Positions 13,343 through 26,044 are shown, counted from the first letter of the stretch. The stretch is DNA of 64,000 nt from Octopus bimaculoides (GCF_001194135.2 NC_068981.1:60586879-60650878); one strand, 5' to 3'. A program made the numbers and translations. The notes: generated from the sequence alone by a model not told the origin.

Positions 13343-13688
13343 TTTCATGTCCAGAAACCCATCCCGTTCAAAAGGATATTGAAGGCAATACCCGTGTTCC
13401 CAAAGGGGAATTATCCAAACCCCAAAAATTCCTTTCCACACATAGCTATGATGCTCCCTCACTACTTCTGCTCGTAATCAGAGATGCACATATCATCAGC
13501 CACTAAGGAACATGCTCAAGTGGTTAAGTTCAAACAACTGACAAGCAAATCTGTGGTATTGAGCAGAATATTTGTTGTAGGCCACCTTTTATACCAAAAC
13601 AAAACGATGTACATGATAGCACTTCCAGTCAGTTAAAAATCAGAAGCCATGAGGAAGACGGCCTTGTACTACAACAGGGCATTTCATG
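13194..13688 (-). mobile_element. 495-bp non-coding interspersed element bounded by (TTA)n on both sides
   Basis: (ATT)n at 13131-13193 and 13689-13700. Homologous pieces lie at 12046-12192 and 55499-55926. Confidence 0.7.
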
Positions 13689-14166
13689 ATTATTATTATT
13701 GTCTTTAGTATTATTAGTAGGGTGGGGCGTGTAAGTGCTGATAATGGCCGGAAATGGGATTTTCCTACCATTATTTATCTTATTATCACTGAATGAATGT
13801 TTAGCTGGATTTTTATCTATTTATCAAATCTTTTTTGTTTGTGTCCTTACTCCTCAATTCTGCTTTCAACTATCTGTTACCACTGTCCTTGGCTAATATT
13901 TGATGGATTACTTGAAGGCAAGGAACAATGTTTTGTTTTTGTTGGAGTTTTGCATCTGATTGTATTACTTTTCTAGTATATTTTTCCTGGTATATATACA
14001 CAATATATTTTGTAATAATATTCCTGTTATAAAAGCCCTCGACGTCCTTTTATTCATGAGAAATATAAATTCCTTGTTAGATTTTGTGTGTATTCTCTAA
14101 ATCCAATTATTCTACTTCTTGTCTGCTTCTCTTATATTGTTAATTCTCTTAACGTTCAATTGATTG

Positions 14167-14167
<1 letters not shown>

Positions 14168-14234
<67 letters not shown>
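14168..14234. repeat. (AAT)n microsatellite
   Basis: Seen directly. Confidence 0.97.
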
Positions 14235-14236
<2 letters not shown>

Positions 14237-14699
14237 TTTTGTTGTTGTGGTTGTTGCTTGTTGTTTTTGTAACTGTTGTTACTTTACTTATAATTATGTC
14301 TCCATAGGTTTGATCTTCTGTAAATTTAGACTATCAGAGCAGCAAGAGTACCATCAAATATAATTGAACTTTTCAGGGATAAGAAGGTGAGAAATTCTAA
14401 TTTGATTTTGGGTATATAGAAATCTCTAAGCATGGGAAATTAAATGTCTTTCTTTTTTTCTCTATTCGCATGGCTAAGCGTGATATCATAGATGATTGCT
14501 TTCTTTGCCACTTTTACCGCAAAAGTTGTTGGGTGAAAGTGTTTAAGGTAGCAGTGGTAGAAAGTTCACTAACGTCGAACTTATTCAAGGAAACAAATTA
14601 TCAACGACACTATGTTAAAATAAAACTAAGATGACCACATCGTTGAAGAATGAAATACAACCGCTAAGTTATTAACAGCACTAACAAGTACCTAATCAT

Positions 14700-14810
14700 C
14701 AACACCAGCTCCACCACCACCACCACCACCACCTCCACCTCCACCTCCAACAACAACAACAGCAGCAGCAGCACCACCACCACCACCACCACCACCAACA
14801 ACAACAACAT
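14700..14810. repeat. Compound (CAC)/(CAA)/(CAG) trinucleotide array
   Basis: Seen directly. Confidence 0.9.
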
Positions 14811-15700
14811 CAGAAATAAAGTACTGAAGATAATAAGAGCTCTTCTGATAACGAGTTTACTAACGGTGAAGTTGCTTGAAACGATAGCAATGATACTTTA
14901 ATCAGAAATTTTCCCCAAAACGATATCAGCAACTGTAGCAGTAGAACAGAAACAACAGTCACAACAATTAGAGCAGCAGAGATAGCATATGTACAACACT
15001 GAAACCAAGAGCGACAACAATGGTGTAACAGAAATAAAAGCAGCATCAACACTGGCAAAACGACCGAAGGGTATTTCTTTCTCTTTTACTCAAGTGGGAA
15101 GGCAGTGCCGAGCACATGAAATAAAACCTCCATAACTGGCGAAATAACGGAGTGGGGAGAGTTTTCTCAACTGTAAAACCATTTCAAATGCTTAGAAAAG
15201 AATGTGCTTCACTAAATGTACTCAAGGTGGTAAGTGCTGGGTATTAAAATTAATGTCTGTCACCCGAATAGGCCACGCCAAGATTTGAACTCAGAATGCA
15301 TAAAACCAGGACAAAGACGGCTAGCTATTTGTCCCGAAGTTCTTATGGCAAGTTTAACGATTTGAATTGATAGTTTCTTTTTTATCGACACCGAAAATAA
15401 GAAAGGCAAAGTTGACTTCCGTGTGATTTGGACAAAATCGCTAAAACTCAGTCTCACACTACGACGACATCTCTCATTAATGTAATAATCATGAGGAAAG
15501 TATATAACATAAAAAAATGTGCCCTGTTATGGCATTAGGGAGAGAGAGTAGTGGTGGAGTTGCAGTTCATAAAACCAGAATATGCAATCCTGACGACAAA
15601 CATAAAACAACAGCAGTAAAATATCGGAGCATAAATGTGTACGCTTACTGTCGTTCGAAAGTGTAATTCTCATGTTGTTGGAGTCAATGATAATAGTTTA

Positions 15701-15904
15701 AAATTTTGGCTCAAGGTAAGTAATTTCGGGAGAGGTGTAGGTCGATTACATTAACTCCAGTGATCAACTGGTGCTTATTTTATCGATCCCTTTGTCATGA
15801 AAGTCCAAATTGACTTCGGCAAAATTTGAATTCAGAAAGATTAGTCCGAAGAGATGCCGGTAAGCTTTATACCCTGTCTGCTAAAGATTCTGCCAGCAAG
15901 TGCC
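15701..15904 (-). mobile_element. SINE family 1
   Basis: Reverse complement of the SINE-1 body (tgcttattttatcgatccc, aatttgaattcagaa, gattctgccagc). Confidence 0.78.
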
Positions 15905-15923
15905 TTTAATAATAATAATAATG

Positions 15924-15975
<52 letters not shown>

Positions 15976-15985
15976 NNNNNNNNNN

Positions 15986-16054
<69 letters not shown>

Positions 16055-16055
<1 letters not shown>

Positions 16056-16981
16056 GGAGCAGTGAGTAAATTTCTTGAGAAGTACATGGAACAAATAGGG
16101 GGTGAAATATGGGTGGAGCACACGCATATTTCACATATTTCACAAAACAGCACTACCTAGAACCGCTAGAATACTAAATGCAAAAGATATAGACAGAGAA
16201 AAATCCCAGCAATGGTTGAGAAGCTCAGGGCTCAAAGCAAAAACTGAAGGATTTTTAATTGCAGCACAAGACCAAAGCCTCCCCACCAGAAATTACCAAA
16301 AACATATAATGAAAAGAAACATAACAAGTAACTGCAGTATATGTGAAGATGGACAAGAAACAATAAATCATATTATCTCTGGCTGCCCAGTCCTGGCTAA
16401 GAAGGAATATATTCACAGACATTACAGAGCTGGGTCCTACATACACTGGAAGCTATGCCAACAGTATGGAATAACAACAGAAAAAAAATGGTATAAACAC
16501 ACCCCAGAAAAGGTCACAGAAAACGAGAAAGCAACCATACTCTGGGATATGCCAATACACACAGATAGAGAAATTAAGGCCAATTGGCTAGATATAGTTG
16601 TCAGAGATCATGAAGAAAAAAAATGCTTTCTTATTGATGTATCAATACCAATAGACCACAAGGTTTCTCTAATAGAAATGGAGAAACTTTCAAAATACAA
16701 AGACCTGGAAATAGAGGTAACTCGAATGTGGAATCTAAAAACAGAAACAATTCCTATCGTAGTGGGCGCATTAGGTATGATAAAAAAAATATTCGGACAA
16801 ATACATAACAAAAACACGAGGACTTAAAAGTATATATAACTTACAGAAAATTGCACTCCTGGGCACTGCACACATCCTACGCAAAACACTTTCAATACAG
16901 TAACCATAAGAGCATCACAGCAAACCACAGTACATACCCAAGGCCCACAGAGCTGCGCTCGGTAGTGAAATTAAAGCACGC

Positions 16982-16982
<1 letters not shown>
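16055..16982 (+). mobile_element. Chimeric RLE retrotransposon fragment: family B-like piece (16055-16172) fused to a family A 3' end (16173-16982), inside (TAA)n
   Basis: ORF 16102-16827 contains the zinc knuckle CSICEDGQETINHIISGC...YIHRH and the RLE segment DIVVRDHEEKKCFLIDVSIP...EKLSKYKDL...PIVVGALG. (AAT)n lies on both sides (15908-16054 and 16983-17030). Confidence 0.92.
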
Positions 16983-17031
<49 letters not shown>

Positions 17032-17049
17032 GAGTCTGGGAATTTTGAT

Positions 17050-17360
17050 GAAGTGGTTAACCAATACTTTCGTAGACGAAAGACGGCCGTCGTATATATA
17101 TATATATATATATATATGTTCGTGTGCGTGTGCACGTGTGTGTGTGTGCGTGCGTGCGTGTTTGTTTGCTCCCCCAACATTACTTGACAGCTGATGTTGG
17201 TGCGTTTACGTTCCCGTAATATAGCGGTTCAGCAAAAAAATCCGATAGAATAAGTACCAGGCTTACAAAGAATAAGTCCTTGGATCGATTTGCTCGACTA
17301 AAGGAGGTGCTCCGGAATGGCCGCAGTCAGATGATTGAAACAAGTAAATGAATAAATGAA
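17050..17360 (+). mobile_element. SINE family 2, 5'-deleted
   Basis: Shares gatagaataagtaccaggcttacaaagaataagtcc...gactaaaggaggtgctcc with 7757-8230. Confidence 0.82.
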
Positions 17361-18059
17361 TATGTATCGAAAGAAGAAAAACTGTTCAAAGTTCACGATT
17401 AAAACCAATTTCATGCTCAGAAACATGACAAGTGTGGATTGTAACGTTTCGTATTCTAGTGTTGAGATAAAAAGCGGCAGGTAAAAGGAGAAATAAGTAA
17501 ACGGAACAAGCGGGGCAATGTAAGCGAAACTGTCCACGCAAAGCTTGTCCAAACACACGCACCCCCCCCCCCCNNNNNNNNNNNNNNNNNNNNNNNNNNN
17601 NNNNCCCCCTCACACACACACAAACATTCATGCTAACGCACTCACACACATATAGACACAAACACATATGCATATGTGTGTGTAAGTTGTAGCTTGCACT
17701 AGATTTTTTTCTTAATACACGGAGAAATTCTTTTTGTTTTTAAATTATAGTTTTATTTTTCTTTGAATTTCAGTTTATTTATATGCCGTTTTTAGCTCTG
17801 AATATTTTGTTTCTTAGGTTATCTCTAGTTATTCTTTACTTTTCATCACTGAATTGACATTCATCTTTGGAATTCTAGTTCAACTAGTCTCACATGTTTG
17901 CCGCCCCACGCATAAACATACTGATAAACAATAATCCTTTTCACTATTCATATCTTACAACACACATATCCTCTTTTGCATACTTCCCTACATCTTCACT
18001 CCTACTCTGCCATGCTGAATACGAATATACTCATCTCATTTACTGTTTATATTTCATTT

Positions 18060-18155
18060 TCTTTCTTTCCTTCTTTCTTTCCTTCTTTCTTTCCTTCTTT
18101 CTTTCTTTCCTTCTTTCCTTCTTCCTTTCTTCTAATCGTCCTTTCTTTTTTTCTT

Positions 18156-18187
<32 letters not shown>

Positions 18188-18228
18188 CCTTCCTTCCTTC
18201 CTTCCTTCCTTTCTTTCTTTCTTTCTTT
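18060..18228. repeat. (CTTT)/(CTTC)n polypyrimidine microsatellite
   Basis: Seen directly. Confidence 0.93.
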
Positions 18229-18969
18229 ACTCCCCACCTCACGCTTTGAATATATCTAAGTCACATTAAGGCATACTGAGATTGATCATATTGTATAACA
18301 TCAGCTTCAACATTTTGTACATGAGTACAAAGTTTGCCCGTGTCAACTGCGATGTTCTTCATCGCTGGAGACACCCAAAGATGCGTTGAAGTACACGCTA
18401 ACGGATAATCAGATACGCACACGTACGCTTTTGGGCACGCCGTAGCAAAACCGTTTTTGCGTATATGAATATTTGATGTTTTATGTCCATAACATTTATT
18501 TTACATGTTTATTATGCATGTAAACACACAAACACTCACACACACAAACAAAATTACACACACATGCACACACGTGTATATGGGTGAAACTTTGTAGTTG
18601 GTTCGAATCAATTTGAGCTCTGAAGGAATAATAAAACAACTTATTTCTTAATATATATTTTTAATGTTCTTTGTGGTGTGACCCTGTATTCTTCCCAATC
18701 TAGAAAGTCCTCCACATTTCATATATTTATATATATTCACTTTGGTAATAAAAAAAAACGGAGAAACTGTTACACAATTACAAATACAAACAAGAAAGTA
18801 ACAACGGGCGTCTTTTGACCAACAAAGACGAAATAAGTTGAGCTGGCGTGTGTAGAGTGAAAGCCGTGAAGCAGGAATATAAAAGACGAACATAAGAGAT
18901 GAAAGTCATGAGACAAAAATATAAGATGCTTCGCGGCTGCAGTCAAGCCTGGAAAGAAAGATCATGCTT

Positions 18970-20180
18970 GGCCGAATACCGGTCAGGTGGAAGGAAAGGA
19001 GAGCATGTATACATTGATAGGTCAATAAAATAAACACACTATTTACAAAGTCATGTGAGAGACAAAAAGGGGAAGCAAGACAGAGAAAACGGAAAGAATA
19101 AAAATAAAAAAGTAAGCAAAGAAAGTAAAGGAGAAAAAAGGAAAGAAAATTCACAGCGACGACGCTCTTCTCAGTATGTATGACGTACCGGTTGAGACAA
19201 TAATTTGCACTTGCTGAATGGATGATAAGCCAGGGATCATTCTTAAATAATTTTCAGTTCCTTTTAGATCATTTTAAGTGCTCCTACAATCACTGGTATT
19301 GAGATGACACATCTTTTTGATTTCGACTAGCAAATCTGTATAATTTCTGAGCTTATTACATTTCTTTTCCGGAGATATTGTGTTCACAGAGTATGCTCAT
19401 GTCAGTCAAAAAACAGACTGTATTCACAGAAATATCTGCGCTCAGTTAGAGACTGAGGGTGGCTTTTGTACCATTTGTCAACAGTTTTGATTTTGTAATG
19501 CCAACACATTATCCAGTGTAGATATTGGCCAACTCTTTCATTGGTACAGGTGCTAGAACATTAAACCCATAGATTAGGTGATCCACCGCTTCAATCCCAT
19601 CGTTGCAGTATCGGCACTTTGGGTCTACACTAGTTTTGATCACATTGTCTTGATAGTACCGGGTCAATAAGTACTAATCTTGAGCAGCCAAGATAAATAC
19701 TTTACTGTTTGTCTTAAGCCTATAGCTCCGTCGCCACTTATAGGTGTGCTTCTAGTCTACATCGGCTTATTTGCTACGGGCCACATATGTACCATGCAGA
19801 GGTTTTTGTTCCCACCTATCAGTCAATTGTTCAAACTCATTTTGCTTTGCTATTGATTTCACCTTCTTTACAACTTGAGTTGCTGCACTTCCACGATGCT
19901 GTTCAACCTGGGTATTATGCATAAACCCACTTCAAAATGTTTTGTTGTCCTTCATAACAGAGCGTAGCTTCTTACGTCTTTCGTGGTTGTCAACAGACTT
20001 TAGCATCCAGTCGATAGATGTTTCAAGATATTTTGTCAGTCCAACTGTGGTGGTTTGTAGGAGATTTCAAATTGGATCAAGCCTCGACTTCCTTGAGCTC
20101 TGGGTAGGTAAAGACGATCTCAATCTCCCTTTAGATGGTGCATCGTATTGCAAGTCAAGAGCTTACGGATTTTACTAGTA
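18970..20180 (-). mobile_element. Decayed RLE retrotransposon 3' part (family D)
   Basis: Minus strand gives KIRKLLTCNTMHHLKGD*DRLYLPRAQGSRGL, FILAAQD*YLLTRYYQ and DPKCRYCNDGIEAVDHLI. The RLE tail and 3' UTR are shared with 21560-21990. Confidence 0.82.
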
Positions 20181-20197
20181 GCATTATTATTATTATT

Positions 20198-21500
20198 TTC
20201 ATATTCACTCAACGGATTAGACTGTGGTAACAGAAAAATCCTAACATCGGTCTACATCAAGTAACCTTACATGCCAAAAACCCTTCTGTCGTGCTACAGC
20301 AAGTAAATTTAGATGCTAAGAATCGTTCTAAATATCATAGCTGTCGCTAATAACAATGTTTTCTGGGACAATAATAAACTGGGGTTTATGCCTATTTCCT
20401 CTATCCATCTGTTTAAATCTTAAGGGATAGTTCCCAATACAACTATCATTACTGGGATACATTTTACCCGCAATTTCCATAGTCTCCCACTGGATTACTC
20501 TCCCTAGATTGTCATGTCTTTTCTCATATACTTTCTGTACCTGCATGCTACATTCACTGACGGTGTGAGTAACGCTTTCCTCTTTTGATTTGCATAATCT
20601 ACATTGGGAATCTACTTTGTTTGTCTCTATCCTGGCTTTTATCCAATCTTTTGTCTCACTTTCTTTTCTGCAAACATAATCATGTCTCACTACTACTGTT
20701 TACTGTAACTATCTTTGAGAATCTACCATGCAACGCCTTCCCCTGCCAGTCAGATAAATTTTGTTCTTTCTTCTGATTTTTAACTTCGTTTGGATTTATG
20801 GCTTCCCTATGTCTTGTGGGGACTCTAGCAGCTTTCAAAAAAGTTTCTTCATTATTACCTACATAGGAGTCTATATCTACTTTAGCTACCTCCACGCAGT
20901 CTTCTACCGATATTAACACGCTTCCGCATTCCGTTCAAGGTAGGTATAATCTTGCTACTCCTGCCATTGGGTAGACTCCTCCATTCCTTGTTCTTCTGTC
21001 TAGCTTTGCTAATTCAGTTTTTGTCTAATCTATAAAATCTGCTGAGTAACTAAGTAATGCTAGTTCCCAAGTGTTCACAGCATTCACAAGATTCGGACCA
21101 TTTAGCTTTGACTTCATTAGATTCCTCACCCTTCTGATGTACTCCTTCTCAATATACGTTTTCATTTCTGTACTTGGTACCCTGTCAGATTCTCATACTA
21201 CATACTTATAACTCTCTCCTCCTTTCAATGATCTTAATATCTCGCCATCTGGTAAAAGGATGCCTTCACTGTTGACTACCCGTCCCCTTCTCATGACTAA
21301 TATCGCACACTTATCTATGCCAAATTCCATTGCTGAAAGTCTTACAGTCTGCATTAAGGAATCCATCTCATTTTCATTCTTACTGAAATGTTCCAGTTTA
21401 TGCATGTAGTGCAAATGGTTAATTTTTTCCCTTACTATTTCTGAATTGATACCCTGCCTCTGCCTTCCTTAATATGAAACTGATGGATCGAACATAAGAT
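20198..21500 (-). mobile_element. Decayed RLE retrotransposon, RT C-terminus to 3' end (family C)
   Basis: KINHLHYMHKLEHFSKNENEMDSLMQTV..MEFGIDKCA (YMDD motif decayed), QCRLCKSKEESVTHTVSEC and KRHDNLGRVIQW. It ends at a short (TTA)n at about 20183-20197. Confidence 0.86.
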
Positions 21501-21559
21501 AAATATAATTGCTATTATCATTTTCATTAGAAACTTTTTTCAATTCTGTTTCCATTTCT

Positions 21560-21989
21560 TGCCGAATGTGTTATTGACACTTAGAGTGGAGAAACGTAAT
21601 GTATATATTGGCAGTCCAATAAAACAAACACACCAGATTGCTCATTTACAGAGTCATGTGATAGAGAAAAAGGGGGAGACATAGAGAAAACTAAAAAAAT
21701 AAAAAAATAGAAAAGTAAGCAAATCAAATAAAGAGGAGGGGAGGAAAGAAAATTTACAACGACAATGTTCTTCTCAATACATGTGACGTACCAGTTAAGA
21801 CAAACTTTTGCACTTTCTGCATGGATGGTAAGCCAGTGATCATTCTTAAATAATTTTCAGTTCCGAGTGCTCCTACAATCACTGGCATTGTAGCCGTCTT
21901 GAGATGTCACATCTTTTCGATTTCGATTAGCAGATCTTTATATTTTCTGAGCTTATCCATTTCTTTTGCCGAGATATTATGGTAACAGG

Positions 21990-21990
<1 letters not shown>
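21560..21990 (-). mobile_element. Family D RLE element, short 3' fragment
   Basis: Aligns by eye with 18970-19390; its 5' junction abuts (TTA)n at about 21991-22057. Confidence 0.78.
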
Positions 21991-22057
<67 letters not shown>

Positions 22058-22503
22058 GTTCAGTAGTTTTATTTTTATAACGTGCTTTCACTTCACTACC
22101 GAGCGCAGCTCTGTGTGCCTTGGGTATGTGCTGTGGTTTGCTGTGGTGCTCTTATGTTTACTGTATTGAAAGTGTTTTGCGTAGAATATGTGCAGNNNNN
22201 NNNNNNNNNNNNNNNNNNNNNNNNNNNNNNNNNNNNNNNNNNNNNNNNNNNNNNNNNNNNNNNNNNNNNNNNNNNNNNNNNNNTTCCAGGTCTTTGTATT
22301 TTGAAAGTTTTTCCATTTCTTTTAGAGAAACGTTGTCATCTGCTGGTATTGATACATCAATTAGAAAGCATTTTTTTCTTCATGATCTGTGACAACTGTA
22401 TCTGGTCTATTTACCTTAATTTCTCTATCTGTGTGTATTGGCATATCCCAGAGTATGGTTGCTTTCTCGTTTTCTGTGACCTTTTCTGGCGTGTGTTTAT
22501 ACC
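22058..22503 (-). mobile_element. Family A RLE element 3' end between two (TTA)n tracts
   Basis: YKHTPEKVTENEKATILWDMPIHTDREIKVNRPDTVV, plus a 3' UTR nearly identical to that of the 16173-16982 copy. Confidence 0.93.
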
Positions 22504-22552
<49 letters not shown>

Positions 22553-22554
<2 letters not shown>

Positions 22555-22752
22555 GAAAACTCACAGCTTATTTTGTTGAGTATGATAGAAAGTGTCAGCT
22601 GTGCACAGCCAGCAACTAAGGTGACACTTGTTTACTGCTCATGATTCAAGAACCGTGCGAAGAAATCACGCAGTACCGCTGAATTTGTATCAATCTTTTT
22701 CAGCTATGTTTGTAGTTGAATGCTGATATATACAACTGCGCCAATTACTATT
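22553..22752 (-). mobile_element. Family B RLE element 3' end
   Basis: Matches 63-295 (gaaagtgtcagctgt, ctaaggtgacacttgtttact, ccaattactatt). Confidence 0.8.
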
Positions 22753-23250
22753 TATGATGGATTCTCGCCCGTATTTGAACGGACGGAGAATCTCGTGAAT
22801 GTCAAAAGATCGAGGTGGCAGAATTGGGTTGGGACTACGCTGGAGGTTCTTCTCCACGTGAAGCCAGAGCAGTTAGAGAAAGTCCCATACCTGATTTCCA
22901 TCTTGAATGCAGTAGAAATAAAGGTGAATGTAGAAGGAAGAAGGCCGAGGTTCCACGGCTGTGGTTCAACGGGCTACTTACGTTTTCACTGCCCACAAAA
23001 CCAGGACAGAAGGGCAGAAAGAAATGTCCAAACAAAAACACCACAACCCTTGAGTCGACAACCTTGAGGAAGGTGTTACAGTAAATGTGGGAGTAGCACC
23101 AGCTGCAGAGGCGGAAGCTACAGTAGCAGGAGCAACAACAACAATAACAGCTACTACAAGAAAACCAGAACAAACAACACCACAAGAAAACATACAAGAC
23201 TCCTCCACACACCAAAGCGATGATGAGGAGGAAGGCCAAAAGGCAAAACT
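22753..23250 (+). mobile_element. ORF1/gag-like fragment of a Tx1/L1-like non-LTR element
   Basis: IKVNVEGRRPRFHGCGSTGYLRFHCP is a CCHC knuckle with C>F and H>Y single-base changes. A low-complexity T/A/E-rich linker follows. Confidence 0.6.
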
Positions 23251-23805
23251 CCCGAGCAATTTAACAGGTCCGTCAGTCCAACATATTACAACGCCATCCG
23301 GAGGTATTGATCTGCCTCAACAGGTGCCCAACCGCAAATCCACTGGCTTGGCGGCTTTGACTTTGCAACCGACTCGTATTCCTTTATAATGGTACTGCCC
23401 GTCTCCACCTCGGTAACGTTCAATACCATGAGCGTGACATTGTCTGCATACGCCCACATTACAACTCCGCCGCGTCCCAGTTCGAAAGAGATGCTCCGTA
23501 ACTGTTCCAACTTCCGCAGCTGTAGCTCGATAGCCAGTGCGTTAGAAGAGGCAATAGCGGGCAGCCTTGAGGAGCGGAGTATGCGACGCGAGACAGTTTC
23601 GATAGGTGACGTTTATTTTGCCCACCGAGCAGGTGCCACTGATAACTGATGCGATCCAGCCTCTGAAAACAGGTCTGAAACTGGCCGCTTTCAAGGTGGT
23701 TTCGAGGTAGCGATTGTTGAACCTATCGAATGCTTTGGATTGATCCAAGTGGATCAGAGCGCCAGCGAAGCCAGCTTTAGTTTCAGTCACTTCTATAACG
23801 TCCAA
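23251..23805 (-). mobile_element. RT fragment of a Tx1/L1-clade non-LTR element
   Basis: LIHLDQSKAFDRF, QGCPLLPLL, AYADNVT (YADD) and WTDGPVKLLG across frameshifts. Confidence 0.85.
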
Positions 23806-24665
23806 TAATAATAACAATGATAATATAGGAAATAATTCATTAAAGAAATGTTTTTTTTATGAATTTCAAGTACACAAAAAAATCGTTGCAAATCTTAGTC
23901 AAATTATATATCATATTTGCTCTATCTTTTATTTGCTAATAAATTATTTTAAATGCTTACTATATATTTTTATGACATAAAAATCAGCTATAACGTTATG
24001 TATACCAACCAATGCCATACCAAAAATCTTTCTAAAATATATAAATTGCGCAGACGTGTTATTTCTTTGTAGAGTAAATGGGAAAGGGAGAGGCCCACCT
24101 GTAAATGAAGCTTAACTAATGTTCAGTTAAGCTAGTAGATGAAGGCGAGAAATTTCCATCAGTTATTAATGGTACCTGAATGTCACGATTCCCGTACATT
24201 CTTTTATTCTTTTACTTGTTTCGGTCATTTGACTTCGGCCATATTGGAGCACCGCCATGATAATATTTAAAATAATTTTAGTTTCAGACCAAACAGAACT
24301 CACAATGAATTCATTCTGTCTGTGTACAAGCTTGATTTATAATAAACCATGTGATAAAAACAACGATTTTCTATGAAAAACATGTTCTAATATCAATTAA
24401 TTATTTCATCTAATTGTTACAAAACATAATATCTACACAAAGTTTTAGTGTGTGTATTTTCAATGGAGTAAACTGCTTTTCGTTAATTATTAAGCCTCAG
24501 GTTTGAAATACATACTCATAATTACGTTTCTGTTTCGATTTTGCTTATGTTTTCACAATCATGTTTCCTTCCAATTTCCTACCTAATATTACAATTGAAT
24601 GGTGATATTTATAATTTGAGGTCTCATTCTCCGAGGAAGAAGAATATAGGTGAAAGTGTTAGCAT

Positions 24666-24713
<48 letters not shown>

Positions 24714-25726
24714 NNNNNNNNNNNNNNNNNNNNNNNNNNNNNNNNNNNNNNNNNNNNNNNNNNNNNNNNNNNNNNNNNNNNNNNNNNNNNNNNNNNNNNN
24801 NNNNNNNNNNNNNNNNNNNNNNNNNNNNNNNNNNNNNNNNNNNNNNNNNNNNNNNNNNNNNNNNNNNNNNNNNNNNNNNNNNNNNNNNNNNNNNNNNNNN
24901 NNNNNNNNNNNNNNNNNNNNNNNNNNNNNNNNNNNNNNNNNNNNNNNNNNNNNNNNNNNNNNNNNNNNNNNNNNNNNNNNNNNNNNNNNNNNNNNNNNNN
25001 NNNNNNNNNNNNNNNNNNNNNNNNNNNNNNNNNNNNNNNNNNNNNNNNNNNNNNNNNNNNNNNNNNNNNNNNNNNNNNNNNNNNNNNNNNNNNNNNNNNN
25101 NNNNNNNNNNNNNNNNNNNNNNNNNNNNNNNNNNNNNNNNNNNNNNNNNNNNNNNNNNNNNNNNNNNNNNNNNNNNNNNNNTATATATATATATATATAT
25201 ACATACACATATACATACATACGTACATACATACATACAAACACACCCAGACATACATATATATATATATATATATTTATACAGTGAGAGAAAGAGAGAG
25301 CGCGAGAGAGAAAGAGAAAGAGAAAGAGAGAGATAGGGATGTATGTATATGTCCGTCTATGTATACACTTTTGAATCTGTAGATGACGTTAATCTGCAAC
25401 TAAAGTCCACTCAGTGTGCAATGTTCCATTCAAAGCCTCATAAGAAGAAACTTGTGAAGGTAACGTGCATTACGATCAATCTCAGAACGATATTATTTGA
25501 TATGTGATTGAGACACTTAAGTAACTAATACCATAGACACCACAGTATGGTGAACAAAAAAAAACTGTATCAAAATAAGTTCTCTTTATTAAAATACAAT
25601 AACTAGGATGCTCCATCAAGATTTTAAAAACATCAAACAACAAAATCAAGCACATGGAAAAGAACTGAAATTGATTTTTAAAAGGCAATTTACTGCCAGT
25701 GATTCATTTCGTTATTTAGCAGGTCC

Positions 25727-25852
25727 ATGGCAAGTGGAATGATATATTTTCTTTACGCTTTTTGCTTCTTTCGAATATCGGTGACAGGAACTTTTGCTGA
25801 TAGCAATAACAAGGACGACATTCTTTCCAACGAATGCGGAGACAGGATCCTT
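25727..25852 (+). CDS. Candidate first coding exon encoding a signal-peptide-like N-terminus (unconfirmed)
   Basis: Acceptor ttatttagcag at 25722, ATG at 25727, peptide MASGMIYFLYAFCFFRISVTGTFADSNNKDDILSNECGDRIL, possible donor GTATGA at 25853. No homology evidence. Confidence 0.25.
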
Positions 25853-25998
25853 GTATGAAAGCCTCGCATTTATCATTAGTACAAACGAAACAAATAAAAA
25901 CAGACAGCAAATAGATGGCGGTGTTTATCAACGGCGAGCATATGTTTGGACGTGTGTGTGTATGTGTATATATATATGTGCATGTATGTATATAGCTT

Positions 25999-26044
<46 letters not shown>

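Noticed and set aside
14700-14820. Poly-His/poly-Gln coding exon
   Set aside because: A stop follows immediately and there is no splice context; it is a compound microsatellite.
16102-16827. Intact 241-aa host gene
   Set aside because: It is a chimeric, 5'-truncated retrotransposon fragment with a mutated RPD motif and a frameshifted end.
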